Shown: piece by piece, positions 13,280 through 25,852 of the stretch | How the letters are laid out: each line of letters opens with the position of its first letter | How positions within the stretch are numbered: the stretch's first letter is position 1 | Assembly: GCF_963921235.1 (NCBI RefSeq) | Contig: NC_086118.1 | Span: forward strand, 12,774,001-12,838,000 | Origin: Mobula hypostoma | Taxonomy: Eukaryota | Length of the DNA stretch: 64,000 bases | Reading direction: 5' to 3' | Notes under the pieces: generated by a model | The model's input: the letters and a program-made list of their open reading frames with translations, nothing else | Told to the model about the DNA's origin: nothing | Databases searched by the model: none | Position numbers and translations under genes: made by a program

Positions 13280-13545
13280 ATTGAGATGTTTCCCAAAACC
13301 AATTATATCACTTTAAGGACTCTTTCTCTCATTATATAATGTTCGCATTATTTATTGCTATTTATTTATATGTGCATTTGCACAGTTTGTTGTCTCCTGC
13401 ACTCTGTTTGATCTTTCATTGATCCTGTTATAGTTACTATTCTACAGACTTACTGAGAATGCTCACAGGAAAATAAGTCTCAGGGTTGTACTGTGTATGG
13501 TAACATATACCTACTCTGATAATACAATTTACTTTGAACTTTGAA
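13280..13545 (+). mobile_element. Rex1/Babar-type LINE 3' UTR
   Basis: Ends in tttactttgaactttgaa; similar to 22800-23020. Confidence 0.65.
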
Positions 13546-14802
13546 CCAAAGATTCTGCAGATGCTATAAATCTCAAGACATATACAAAATGCTGGAGGAA
13601 CTCAGTAGATCATGCAGTTCCTATGAATGTTGCCTGATTTCCTGAATTTCTCAAACGTTTTGTGTGTGCTGTTTCTTGCAGTTACTTTCAGAATGACCCA
13701 AAGCATCTTACAGCCAATTAAAACTTCAGATTTTTAAAGAATTTACAATTAAGAAGTCCCCAGTAATGCTTTGTGTTCCTGATTATCTCCCATCTTTACA
13801 TTCTTCTCTCCCACCTTGTTCTATCTGGTGTTTTCTTTGCTTCTCTCTTTGTTTACTTCCAAATATCATTCACATCCTCTCCATCCTCGCACACCTTCCC
13901 TACCTGGCACTACTTGCCTGTCATCTTACGGCCCTCATCAGTCTACCAATTTCCTTATAATTCTTTCTTTCTACTCCCCTTCTCTCTTTGCCAGCCATTT
14001 GGCCACCTGCAGTCCTGATACTGGGTTTTGATGTGACATAGTGACCAGTTCTTTCCTCCCGTTGATGATGCTTGACCTGCTGAGTTCCTCCAGTAGACTG
14101 TTTGTTGCTAAGAATATTAAGAATTTGGAAACCTGGATACTATTGTAATGTAAGTAGTCAATTTGGTTTAATGTTTCACCCAAAATAGCAAAGAACTTCA
14201 TTGACACACTGAATGATGAAATGTGGCAGGTTGATAGCAATCTGATTTCCCCCTCCTGATTTAATTATTCAATGCAATAGGTGGTGTAGACTTGACATAT
14301 TGATGGTGTCATCCATAGGCAAGCTGCTAGTAGAGGCCATCATGACAAAGAGATGATGAACTATTGGACTCCTCCAGCAACTTTCCTCCTCTTTTCCACT
14401 TCCTCTACCACCTCCTTCAATCTTTGTGACACTGATCACCGCATTCCTGACACATTGCCGAGTGTTTGGTTATGGACAGTCATCAGTATCCTCTGTAACT
14501 TGGGCTATCAAAGGTCAATGGGCCCACTAGGGAGTTAAAGCAGTTTTAGCTTATCTCCATGCCCTTGGTGTGCTGTATTTGTTCCTGGTGGCTTACCAAG
14601 TGCAGATCCTTACTATTTTAATGTATAAAATACACAATGTCAGACTTTGAGCTGGGGGGGGTGAGATGGTAAATGGAGTGATTATATCTTCTCATCTTCA
14701 CTAGTTTTTCCTTCAGAATGGGAATGGTTTTGCTCTTTTGCAAATGGAATCAAAACTGATGAGGTTTGAGTTGTAGTGGGGTTCTGCTAAGGGAACAGGA
14801 GA

Positions 14803-15256
14803 TACTTTATACTTTATACTTTATTGTCGCCAGACAATTGATGCTAAAACGTACAATCATCACAGCGATATTTGATTCTGCGTTTCCCGCTCACTGGATT
14901 ACAAATCAATAGTAAATATTAAAAATTTAATTTATAAATCATAAATAAAAAATAGAAAAATGGAAAGTAAGGTAGTGCAAAAAAGCCAAGATGCAGGTCC
15001 GGATATTTGGAGGGTACGGCTCAGATCCGGGTCAGGATCTGTTCAGCAGTCTTATCACAGTTGGAAAGAAGCTGTTCCCAAATCTGGCTGTACGAGTCTT
15101 TAAGCTCCTGAGCCTTCTCCCGGAGGGAAGAGGGATGAAAAGAGTGTTAGCTGGGTGGGTCGTGTCCTTGATTATCCTAGCAGCACTGCTCCGACAGCGT
15201 GAGGTGTGAAGTGAGTTCAAGGACGGAAGATTGGTTTGTGTGATGTGCTGTGCCAT
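14803..15256 (-). mobile_element. Rex1/Babar-type LINE 3' end
   Basis: ORF 15032-15256 is nearly identical to 24680-24910 (PLPSGRRLRSLKTRTARFGNSFFPTVIRLLN); (TAAAGTA)n tail. Confidence 0.9.
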
Positions 15257-17054
15257 GTTTGCAGACTATAAGGAGTGCATTTTTAACATATGTGCATCAC
15301 ACATGTAGCAAGATCTTATGGATGAATGAGAACTGAACTGAGTGAATAAGTAAAACGTGAGCATATAATGTCATATTTGATCTGTTTGTTTCTATAAGTA
15401 TCAATATAGACCTTCTCTGGTAAAAAACAATAATGGTCAATGCCCCCTACCAGAGAAATGCTACAGTTCTGTTCTGTTTTTTGCGTGCTTCCCTTTTTTG
15501 TTGGCTAAATACCCCTTTAAGGAAGAAGGAGATTTGTCAATGAATGTGCTGTATCATTTAGGATGGTGTCGGTTCTACACAGTAATTGAAAGTGTAAATC
15601 TGGGAAATTTTCAACATAGTTAAGTACTTGAAGGTGATATAAAACACATGATTATCTAGATTAAGTACTCATTTAAGGAGATTGTTGATGGATTTTGGAG
15701 TTAAGCACTGAATGGAGCTAATGGTGCCCTTGGCAGGATACACCAATTGAAGATTAATTCATTGGCCCAGACAAGTTTTGTCAGATCCTTAGTCTTCTTA
15801 TTAGACTGTATTTATATTCTTGAAATAACACTCTCAGCATTGCCCTCGAGTGCTATTTATTCCCACAACTTTTGATCAAAAGCTTCTCAGTAATTTCAGG
15901 ATTTTGCTCTACATTTCTATGTCATCCAGCGAGAGTTTTGAACTATTGCCCAGGAACTCTGGTGGCTTCTTCGCCACATGCAATACATCATATCAAAGCA
16001 CTTTGTTGTCTTTTGAAAAGATTCCCACAATTTCTTGCTGCCATAATCCACCCCTTTTTAGCATGCCTCATCCCCCTGTAAACTCTGATCCTCACTCATG
16101 GCTTCCTGATTGATATTTATGGTGAAAGAACAGAACAGGGTTTACCAAGAGCAATCATTTAAAAAATGTAAATGCTTTGCATCTAGCTTGCTGCCAACTT
16201 CTCCACAAAGACTTGGCAATTATGTTTTGCAAAACACTTTTCCTTAGAAACATAAGAGAGGTGCAAGGGAATTTTCAGCAAATCATCCTAATCAACACAA
16301 TTGCTGAAGTCTTAATAAAGGCTTAAATGATTGAATGTTTTGGTTGGTGAGAAAGCTTCTAGTTAGGTTTAAAATGATCTGTCATACTTTGGAAAACTAA
16401 CATAAATTTGTTGAAAAAGTGACTGAAGTAGTGGACATAAGGAGCATCAATGATAATATAGATATAAACTTCCAGAAGGCACTTGATTAACTTCTTCATA
16501 TTTCCAAAAGTTGAACTTCAAAGAATTGAAAATAAGTTTACTCTCTGGCCGGGAAATTGGCTGAGTAGCAGAAGACATGGAGCAGGGTGTGAGACAACTA
16601 ATTTGGAAGAGATTTGAGCAACTGACTTCTGTGTCTTTTGGCTTTGCAGTTGTTTGATCATATCCCTTTCCCTTGCTTAATCCCATTAATAAAAGTGATT
16701 TCATCACCCATGCTTTGCGCTTCCATTACATTAATCTGATTCAGGTTTATGCTTTACTGACAATCAAAAATCTGTAAGTTCTGGAAACTTAAAAGAAGAA
16801 CACAAATAGCTGGGACCATTCAGCTGGTTAGACAGCATTTGTTGAATGAGAAACAGAGTTAAAGTTTCAGCTCCAAGACCCTTTATTAGTGTTCTGAATG
16901 ATCTCAGACTTTAACTCAGTTTCTCTTTCCATGGATGTTTCACAATCTTACACTTTTTCATTCACTGTTATCTTACTGCAATAACATCATATCCACAATC
17001 AAATTGAATGTGAGTAGTGAAACTTCTTTTTTAGAAGTAGGGGGACTAGTCAAC

Positions 17055-18000
17055 AGAACACACACTAAATGCTGGAGGAACTCAGCAGGCCAGGCAGCAT
17101 CTATGGAAAAAAGTACAGTTGACATTTCAGGCTGAAACCCTTTGGCATGACTGGAGAAAAAAGGCTGAGGAGTAGATTTGAAAGGTAGGGGGAGGCGAGA
17201 GAGAACCTACAGGTGATAGGTTAAACTTGGAAGAGGAGGGCTGAAATAAAGAGCTGGGAAGTTGATTGGTGAAATCTGGTAAGAGAGGGAAAATGGGATG
17301 GGAAATGAAAAAGTAGGGGAGTGGGGAGTTGGGAGGCATTATCAGAAGTTTGAGAAATCGATGTTCATGCCATCAAGTTGGAGGCTATCCATACAGAATA
17401 TAAGGTGTTGTTCCTCCAACCTAAGTGTGGCCTCATCGCGACAGTGGAGTAGGCCATGGATGGACGTATTGGAATGGGAATGGGAAGTGGAATTAAAATG
17501 GGTGGCCACTCTGGAGATCCCCCTTGTTCTGGCAGACGGAGCACAGACGCTTGGCAAAGTGGTCTCCCAATCCACGTCGGGTCTCACAGATATGCATGAG
17601 GCCACACTAGGAGCACCAAACACAGTAAGTGACCCAACAGACTCAAAAGTGAAATGTCACCTCACCTGGAAGGACTGTTTAGGGCCCTGAGTGGTAGTGA
17701 GGGAGGGGGTGCAGGGGGAGGTGTAGCACTTGTTCTGCTTGCAAGGATAAGTGCCGAGAGGGAGATCAGTGGGGAGAGAAAAATGCACAAGTAAGTCACA
17801 GAGGGAGTGATCCTTGTGAAAAGCAGTAAGCAGGGGGAAGGGAAAGGTGTGCTTGGTGGTGTTGGAGGTGGTGGAAGCTTTGAAGAATTATGTGCTTGAC
17901 ACGGGGGCTGGTGGGGTGGTAGGGGAGGACAAGAGGAACCCTATCCCTAATAAGGTAGCGAGAGGATCAGGTAAGAGCAGATGCACGTGAAATGGAAGAG
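17055..18000 (-). mobile_element. Penelope-like element, GIY-YIG 3' part with terminal repeat, degenerate
   Basis: ORF 17342-17623 VATHFNSTSHSHS...LRLEEQHLIFCMDSLQLDGMNIDFSNF; decayed hammerhead at ~17117-17152. Confidence 0.87.
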
Positions 18001-18351
18001 ATCCTCCGAAACTTCTGTCCTACACACCTCCCTTGTCCAGGCAGCATCCTAGTAAATGTCTTCTGCACCCTTGACATCCTTTCTATAATGTAGCAACCAG
18101 AACTGTATGCAATACTTGAGATGCAGCCTAACTAGAGTTCTATAAATTTGCAACATAACATCCTGACTTTTGAGAGGCTTTTGAGCTTTGTGTGCTTTGA
18201 CACACATGGTTTGGTCGTTTAATTTATTGCTGTTTGTGGCATCATGTAGAGCTGAAATTTGTCTCCGGCATTGTAATCAGTATCAGAATCAGATTTAATA
18301 TCACTGACATATGGCAGCAGCACGATGAAATACATGATTAAGAGAAAAAGA

Positions 18352-18623
18352 AGCAACACACACAAAAAATGCTGGTGAACGCAGCAGGCCAGGCAGCATC
18401 TCTAGGAAGAGGTACAGTTGACGTTTCGGGTCGAGACCCTTCGTCAGGACTAACTGAAAGAAGAGATAGTAAAAGATTTGAAAGTGGGGGGGGAGGGGGA
18501 AACCCGAAATGATAGGAGAAGACAGGAGGGGGAGGGATGGAGCCAAGAGCTGGAAAGTTGACTGGCAAAAGGGATACAAGGCTGGAGAAGGGACAGAATC
18601 ATGGGATGGGAGGCCTAGGGAGA
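18352..18623 (-). mobile_element. Penelope terminal-repeat fragment inserted in Rex1-type LINE
   Basis: Near-identical to 21410-21662 and 23445-23704. Confidence 0.85.
18416..18451 (-). ncRNA. Minimal type I hammerhead ribozyme motif
   Basis: Minus strand AGTC-CTGACGA-AGGGTCTCGACCC-GAAACGTC-AACT; core intact, one stem I mismatch. Confidence 0.7.
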
Positions 18624-20039
18624 AATAACCGAAATAAAAAAGTAGTGAGTTAGTGTATATGGGTTCAATGTCCATTCAGAAAATGGATGGCAGAGGGCAA
18701 GAAGCTGTTCCTGAATCACTGAGTGTGTACGGTCTGGCATCTGTGCCTCTTTCCTGATGGTAAAAGTGTAAAGAGGGCACATCCTGGGTGGTGGGAATCC
18801 TTCATGATGGACGCCGCTTTGCTAAGGCACTGCACCTTGGAGTTGTCTTGGATACTATGGAGGCTGGTACCCATAATGCGGCTGATAAATTTTACAAGTT
18901 TCTGCAACTTATTATGATCTTGTGCAGTAGGAACCCCACAATATTAGACAGTGATGCAGCCAGTCAGAATGCTCTCCTTGGTACATTTGTAGAAGTTTTC
19001 CAGTGTTTTAGTTGACAAACCAAATTTCCTCAAACTCCTAATGAAATATAGCTGCTGTCTTATGTTCTTTATAGCTGCATCAATATGTTGCAACCAGGTT
19101 AAGTCCTCAGAAATATTGACACCCAGGAAGTTGAAATTGCTCACTCTCTCCACGTCTTCACCTCTATGAGGATTGGTTTGTGTTCCCTCATCTTATCTTT
19201 TCTGAAGTCCACAATCAGTTCTTTGGTCTTGCTGTCATTGAGTGCAAGGTTGTTGCTGTGACACCACCCAACTAATTGGTATATCTCGATTCCGTAAGCA
19301 CTCTCATCACCATCCAAAATTCTGCCAACAATGATTGCATCATCAGTAAATTTATAGATGCTGTCTGAGCTATGTTTAGCCATGCAGTCATGGGTGTGGA
19401 GAGAGTAGAGTAGTGAGCTAAGCACACACCCCTTTGGAGCACCAGTGTTCATTGTCAGTGAGGTGGAGATGTTATTTCCAAGCCACACAGATTATGCAGT
19501 TTCGGTTAGGAAGTGAAGGATTCAGTTGAAGAGGGAGGTACAGAGGTCCAGGCTCTGTAGCTACTCCTGATGAAGACCTATCTTTTGGCAGTCAATTGTT
19601 GTTATACTCTTGTGATCCTTTTCCCTTTTAGCTAATTGGAAGGCTATAAAAGAGGATTTTTTTCTTATATTTGGCAATTTTCTTGGTACTGCATCAAAAT
19701 GAATCTACAATCTCAACACATAATACTGTGACAATTTCTCGCAAGAGACTACAGATACTGGAATGACAATCAACTGGAGGAACTCAATGCGATGACCAGT
19801 ATCTGTGAGAGGGTAGGACTTGTCAACATTTTGAGTCAAACCTTTGTATAGCTGATAGCTGATTTTTTTGCCTTTCTGTGCATGAATTCAAGTATCTAAA
19901 TGAGAATGGAGATGATACCACAATAAAAGTTAATGACTGGAAATGGGATAATTGAAAACTGCTCCTTGCTATTCAGCTGATTTTAGATTTGACTTATAAT
20001 TAGACACAAATTGACTACAAATGGGAAGAATAGGCAGAA

Positions 20040-21330
20040 AATCATCTGGTCATGTGCTGAGGGACTATGCAGCTCAGTTAACAGATGTTCTAACAGACAT
20101 CTTCAACGTGTGTCTAGAATAGTCCACTATCCTCTCGGCTTCAAGGCAGTCATCATCATCCCAATGCCCAAGGATGACAGTAACCTGCTTCAATGACTAC
20201 CATTGAGTGGCATTGACCTCAGCAATAATGAAGAGCTTTGAGCAGCTGGTTGCAGATCACATTAAATCCAATCTTTCTGCTACATCAGTTACTTTCCAGT
20301 TAGCTTATTGCTCAAGTCGATCCTCTGGTGGTGCCATAGCTTCTGCACTCCACTCAGTCTTCTCTCTCCTGGAAAATCATGCCTCATGGGCTAGCATGCT
20401 ATTTATCAACTTCAGCTCGGTACTTAATAAGATCATCCCTCGGAAGCTGGCATGTAAACGTTCCCTGTTTGGTTTCAACATCTATCTCTGGACATCTTGG
20501 CAGAAAGGCCACAGTAAGTCCGTGTAGGCAAAAACATCTCTAGCTCCATCACACTGAGCACTAGCACTTGCCAGGATTGTGTGCTCAGCCCTCTATTTAT
20601 GCATGACTACACTGCTGGATTCAGTCCAGACGGAATCATCCAGTTCACTGAAGACACAATATTGACTGGCCTCATCATCAACAACGACGACGAGACGGCG
20701 TACAGAGGGATGGTTGAGTGATGGGGAGAATGGTGCAAGCAAAGCAACTTGAGTCTCAACATGGACAAAACCAAAGAGATAATTGTAGACTTCAGGAAGG
20801 TGCAGGCTGATCTCTTCTCGCTGCACATACATGGCTCCTTCCTGGAGAGAGTTAGGAGCACCAATTTTCTGGAGTGCACAAAACGAACACACTGCATCAC
20901 TCACCTGGTCCTCAACACAACCTCTTTGGTCAAGAAAGTACAGCAGCATCTCAATGAGGAGATTGAGACAAGTGAATTCCATCCCTCCCTCCCCACACCC
21001 ACCCTCCTCCCCCCCACAATCTAAACATCTTTTACAGAAGTACCACTAAGATTGCTCTGATCAGCTGCAACAGCATCTGGTACTGGAATTGCAAGGCATC
21101 TGAATGCAAGTCTCTGCAAAGGATTGTAAGGGCTGCTGAAGGGATCATTGGCGTCTTTCTTCCACTTCTCAGAGATAGTAATCAGGATCGCTGTGCATGC
21201 AGGACCCTTATTGTCAATGATCTGTCCAACAATCTCTTTGACCCTCTATCACTAAACAAGAGGTACTATAGCATTAAGACAAGAACTGTTAGGATGGGAA
21301 TCAACTCCGTCCCTCTGTACATGAGACTAC
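20040..21330 (+). mobile_element. Old Rex1/Babar-type LINE RT fragment
   Basis: ORFs 20207-20527 (ALTSAIMKSFEQLV...MLFINFSS) and 20749-21024 (LNMDKTKEIIVDFRK). Confidence 0.82.
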
Positions 21331-21376
21331 TTGAATACCCAGTCACCACCCAAGTCCCATTATGCATGAGGCGTCA

Positions 21377-22256
21377 AACACGGGGAAATCTGCAGATGCT
21401 GGAATTTCAAGCAACACACATAAAAATTGCTGGTGAACGCAGCAGGCCAGGCAGCATCTATAGGAAGAGGTACAGTCGACGTTTCAGGCCGAGACCCTCC
21501 GTCAGGACTGACTGAAAGAAGAGCTAGTAAGAGATTTGAAAGTGGGAAGGGGAGATTCAAAATGATAGGAGAAGACAGGAGGGGGAGGGATGGAGCCAAG
21601 AGCTGGACAGTCGATTGGCAAAAGGAATATGAAAGGATCATGGGATGGGAGGCCTAGGGAGAAAGAAAGGGGGAAGGGGGAAGCCCAGAGGATGGGCAAT
21701 AACGGATGGGGTACGAGGGGGAGGTGGGGCATTAACGGAAGTTAGAGAAGTCGATGTTCATGCCATCAGGTTGGAGGCTACCCAGACAGAATATAAGGTG
21801 TTGTTCCTCCAACCTGAGTGTGGCTTCATCTTTACAGTACAGGAGGCCGTGGATGGACATATCAGAATGGGAATGGGATGTTGAATTAAAATGTGTGGCC
21901 ACTGGGAGATCCTGCTTTCTCCGGCGGACAGAACGTAGGTGCTCAGCGAAACGATCTCCCAGTCTGCGTCGGGTCTCGCCAATATATAAAAGGCCACATT
22001 GGGAGCACCGGACGCAGTATATCACCCCAGCTGACTCACAGGTGAAGTGTCGCCTCACCTGGAAGGACTGTCTGGGGCCCTGAATGGTGGTAAGGGAGGA
22101 AGTGTAAGGACATGTGTAGCACTTGTTCCGCTTACATGGATAAGTGCCGGGAGGGAGATCAGTGGGGAGGGATGGGGGGGACGAATGGACAAGGAAGTCG
22201 CGTCGGAAGCGATCCCTGCGGAAAGCAGAGGGGAGGGAGGGAAAGATGTGCTTATG
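21377..22256 (-). mobile_element. Penelope-like element, 5'-truncated, GIY-YIG endonuclease
   Basis: ORF 21732-22277 FTCESAGVIYCVRCSQCGLLYIGETRRRLGDRFAEHLRSV; imperfect 14-bp TSD TGCATGAGGCGTCA/TGCATGAAGCGCCA (21363-21376, 22257-22270); hammerhead-like motif at 21473-21510 with a CTGACGG variant. Confidence 0.92.
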
Positions 22257-22559
22257 TGCATGAAGCGCCAGTAGCATTATATGGTTTTCTTTTTAACTTG
22301 TATCATCCTTGTTCATTTAATAGTGGAAATACTACTTATTGTTTATGTGTGTGAGTTATATGTACTGTGGTGTGCATTTTGGTCTGGAGGGATGTTGTTC
22401 CATTGGCAGTATACATGTGTATCCTTGAATGACAATAAACAAAACTTGAAAAGCAGCCAGTCCTCTTATTGCCTACTGGCCCTGTGTGTCTCTTTAAAGT
22501 CAGTACCATAAGTGTAATTTTGAGGATCTTGCTGATGGAAATCCTATGCTGAGGATGCT

Positions 22560-23022
22560 TTCAGGCCCAGTGCATCACGGGTAAAGCCCTCCCAACCATT
22601 GATCACATCTGCATGAAACGTTGCCATAGAAAAGCAGCATCAAATATCCTCATCACACAGGCCATGCTCTTTTCTCTCTGCTACCATCAGGAAGAAGATA
22701 CGGGAGCCTCAGAACTTGCACCACCAGGTTCAAGAACAGTTACTACCCCTCAACCATCAGGCTCTTGAACCAAAAGGGATAATTACCTTTATTCTATTTC
22801 TGGTGTTTCTACAACTGATGGTTTCACTTCAAGGACTGCTTATTTTGTTATTTCATACTCATTATTTATTGCTATTTATTTATATTTGCACAGTTCATTG
22901 ATCCTGTTTATAGTTACTGTACTATAGATTTGCTAAGTATGCCTTCAGGAAAAAGAATCTCTGGGTTGTATGTGGTGACACGTATGTACTCTGATCATAA
23001 ATTTTACTTTGAGCTTTGAACT
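22560..23022 (+). mobile_element. Rex1/Babar-type LINE 3' end
   Basis: LLPSGRRYGSL...TTRFKNSYYP peptide and tttactttgagctttgaac tail. Confidence 0.8.
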
Positions 23023-23409
23023 TTTCTGTGGTTGAGTGCGACAAAGCATCACATTGCAGGGGTCAAAAGTGCTGGTATTGTGGTTTACAGAGCTGAATCA
23101 CTGCTTTGCAACAGCAGCTGTAGTTAGTTCGACAAATCACCATATACAGTCTCCCCTGCTCACCCACATCCACCAATTATCCAGTTGGATAACAAGAAAG
23201 GCCGTGGGATGCATAAAATTAAACCCTTGGCTTTTTCAGGACAGAATAAGGCCTGCGTGTTCGGTTAAACATCTCCAAAGTGTCTCTCAACTATTTGAGT
23301 TTATTGCAGATATTGTGGAGCTCCCCATCCCCTGCAGCCAGCTGTGGATACACTGTCCTTTCCAGGCAAATTTGCTCAGAATCAGAAAGTAAATAACGTC
23401 TTTTGATAT

Positions 23410-24133
23410 CAAACAACAGGAATTCTGCAGATGCAGGAAATTCAAACAACACACATCAAAGTTGCTGGTGAACGCAGCAGGCCAGGCAGCATCTCTAGGA
23501 AGAGGTACAGTCGATGTTTCAGGCTGAGACCCTTCTTCAGGACTAACTGAAGGAAGAGTTAGTAAGAGATTTGAAAGTGGGAGGAGGAGGGGGAGATCCA
23601 AAATGATAGGAGAAGACAGGAGGGGGAGGGATGGAGCCAAGAGCTGGACAGGTGATTGGCAAAGGGGATTTGAGAGGATCATGGGACAGGAAGCCCGGGG
23701 AGAAAGACAAAGGAGGGGGAACCCAGAGGATGGGCAAGGGGTATAGTCAGAGGGACAGCGGGAGGAAAAGGAGAGAGAGGGAGAAATAATATGTGTGTAA
23801 AAATAAATAATGGATGGGGTATGAGGGGGAGGTGGGACATTAGCAGAAGTTAGATAAGTCAATGTTCATGCCATCAGGCTGGAGGCTACCCAGACGGAAT
23901 ATAAGGTGTTGTTCCTCCAACCTGAGTGTGGCTTCATCTTTACAGTACAGGAGGCCGTGGATAGACATGTCAGAATGGGAATGGGATGTGGAATTAAAAT
24001 GTGTGGCCACTGGGAGATCCTGCTTTCTCTGGCAGACAGAGCGTAGATGTTCAGCAAAGCAGTCTCCCAGTCTGCGTCGGGTCTCGCCAATATATAGAAG
24101 GAATCAGCTGGGGTGATATACTGCGTCCGGTGC
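23410..24133 (-). mobile_element. Penelope-like element 3' part with terminal 33-bp inversion
   Basis: Colinear with 21377-21990; 24101-24133 is the reverse complement of the next Penelope segment; hammerhead-like motif at 23509-23544. Confidence 0.9.
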
Positions 24134-24175
24134 ACATCTGCTCTCACTCCATCCTCCCACCACCCCACTAAGAAT

Positions 24176-25170
24176 AGGGTTCTCAGCCCCCTGCTGTACT
24201 CACTGTACACCCATGATTGTGTAGCCAACTTTCCATCAGACTCAATATATAAGTTTGCTGATGACACAACAATTGTAGGCCGCATCTCGGGTAATGATGA
24301 GTTTGAGTACAGAGAGGAAATTAACAAACCTGGTGGCATGGTGCGAAGACAATAACCTATCCCTCAACGTCAGCAAGATGAAGGAATTGGTTGTTGACTT
24401 CAGAAGGAGTAGTGGACCACATGACCCCATTTACATCGGTGGTGCGCAAGTGGAACAGGTCAAAAGCTTCAAGTTCCTTGGGGTCAATATCACAAATGAC
24501 ATGACTTGGTCCAACCAAGCAGAGTTCACTGCCAAGAAGGCCGTCCAGCGCCTTTACTTCCTGAGAAAACTAAAGAAATTTGGCCTGTCCCCTAAAACCC
24601 TCATAACTTTTATAGATGCACCGTAGAAACCTGGTATGGAAGTTGTCCTGTCCAACACCGAAAGAAGCTGCAGAAGATCGTGAACACGGCGCAGCACATC
24701 ACACAAACCAATCTTCCGTCCTTGGACTCACTTTACACCGCACACTGTCGGAGCAGTGCTGCCAGGATAATCAAGGACACAACCCACCCAGTCAACACAC
24801 TTTTCGTCCCTCTTCCCTCTGGGAGAAGGCTCAGGTGCTTGAAGACTCGTACCTCCAGATTTGGGAACAGCTTCTTTCCAACTGTGATAAGACTGCTGAA
24901 CGGATCCTGACCTGGATCTGGGCCGTACCCTCCAAATATCCGGACCTGCCTCTTGGTTTTTTTGCACTACCTTACTTTCTATTTTTCTATTTTCTACTTC
25001 TGATTTATAATATAAATTTTTAATATTTACTAATTTTTACTATTTTAAATATTTTTAATGTTTAATATTTGTAATCCAATGAGTTGGAAGCGCAGAATCA
25101 AATATCACTGTGATGATTGTACGTTCTAGTATTAATTGTTTGACAACAATAAAGTATAAAGTATAAAGTA
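24176..25170 (+). mobile_element. Rex1/Babar-type LINE, 5'-truncated, relatively young
   Basis: VLSPLLYSLYTHDC...KFADDTTIVG; KKAVQRLYFLRKLKKF; (TAAAGTA)n tail. Confidence 0.92.
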
Positions 25171-25852
25171 AATTTATAAAACATTTTCCTATCTGTTTTT
25201 ATATTTTGTGCTAATTTACTTTCATACTCTAGCTTTCCTTTCCTTATTTCTTGTTTAGTTGTTCTCTGTTGCTTTTTAGAGTTTCCCCAATCCTCCAGTC
25301 TCCTACTACTCTTTGTGACTTTGTACACACAAGCTTTTAATTTGATACTGTATTTTATTTCCTTAGTTATCCAAGGCTGGCTCTCCCCACACTTACTGTT
25401 CTTACTTTTGACTGGAATATACTTTTATTGAGCACTGTAAAAAATCTCTTTGAAAGTATTCCACTGTTCCTCAACTGTCCTACCAAATAGCCTGTGCTCC
25501 CAATCCACATTAGCCAGCTCCTCCCTCATCCTGTTGTAGTCTCCGTTGTTCAAGCATAATACAGTAGTTTTAGATCTAACTATTTCATCCTCCATCTGAA
25601 TGTGAAATTCAATCATACTACGATCACTCTTTCCAAGAGGGTCTCTGACTACAAGATCGTTAATCTTACCTGTGTCATTGCACAGGACTAAATCTAAGAT
25701 AGCATTTTCTCTTGTAGATTCACTAACATGCTGCTCAAGAAAGCCACCATGGATGCATTCTATGAAGTCCTCCTCAAGTCTTCCTTGACCAACCTGATTC
25801 ACCCAATCTATGTGGAAGTTAAAATCCCCAATGACAACTACCGTTGCATTCT
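25171..25852 (-). mobile_element. CR1 ORF2 endonuclease-region fragment (host of the 25853-28459 insertion)
   Basis: ORF 25425-25802 TRENAILDLVLCN...PLGKSDRSMIEF; continues at 28460-28870. Confidence 0.87.

Larger units (their letters stand above)
18280..19560 (-). mobile_element. Rex1/Babar-type LINE RT and 3' end
   Basis: ORFs 19141-19488 (TGAPKGCVLSSLLYSLHTHDC...KFTDD), 18944-19153 and 18716-18907. Confidence 0.88.

Noticed and set aside
23866..24339. 157-aa RT/GIY-YIG fusion ORF
   Set aside because: Crosses antisense Rex1-type sequence and an off-frame Penelope fragment; a junction artefact.
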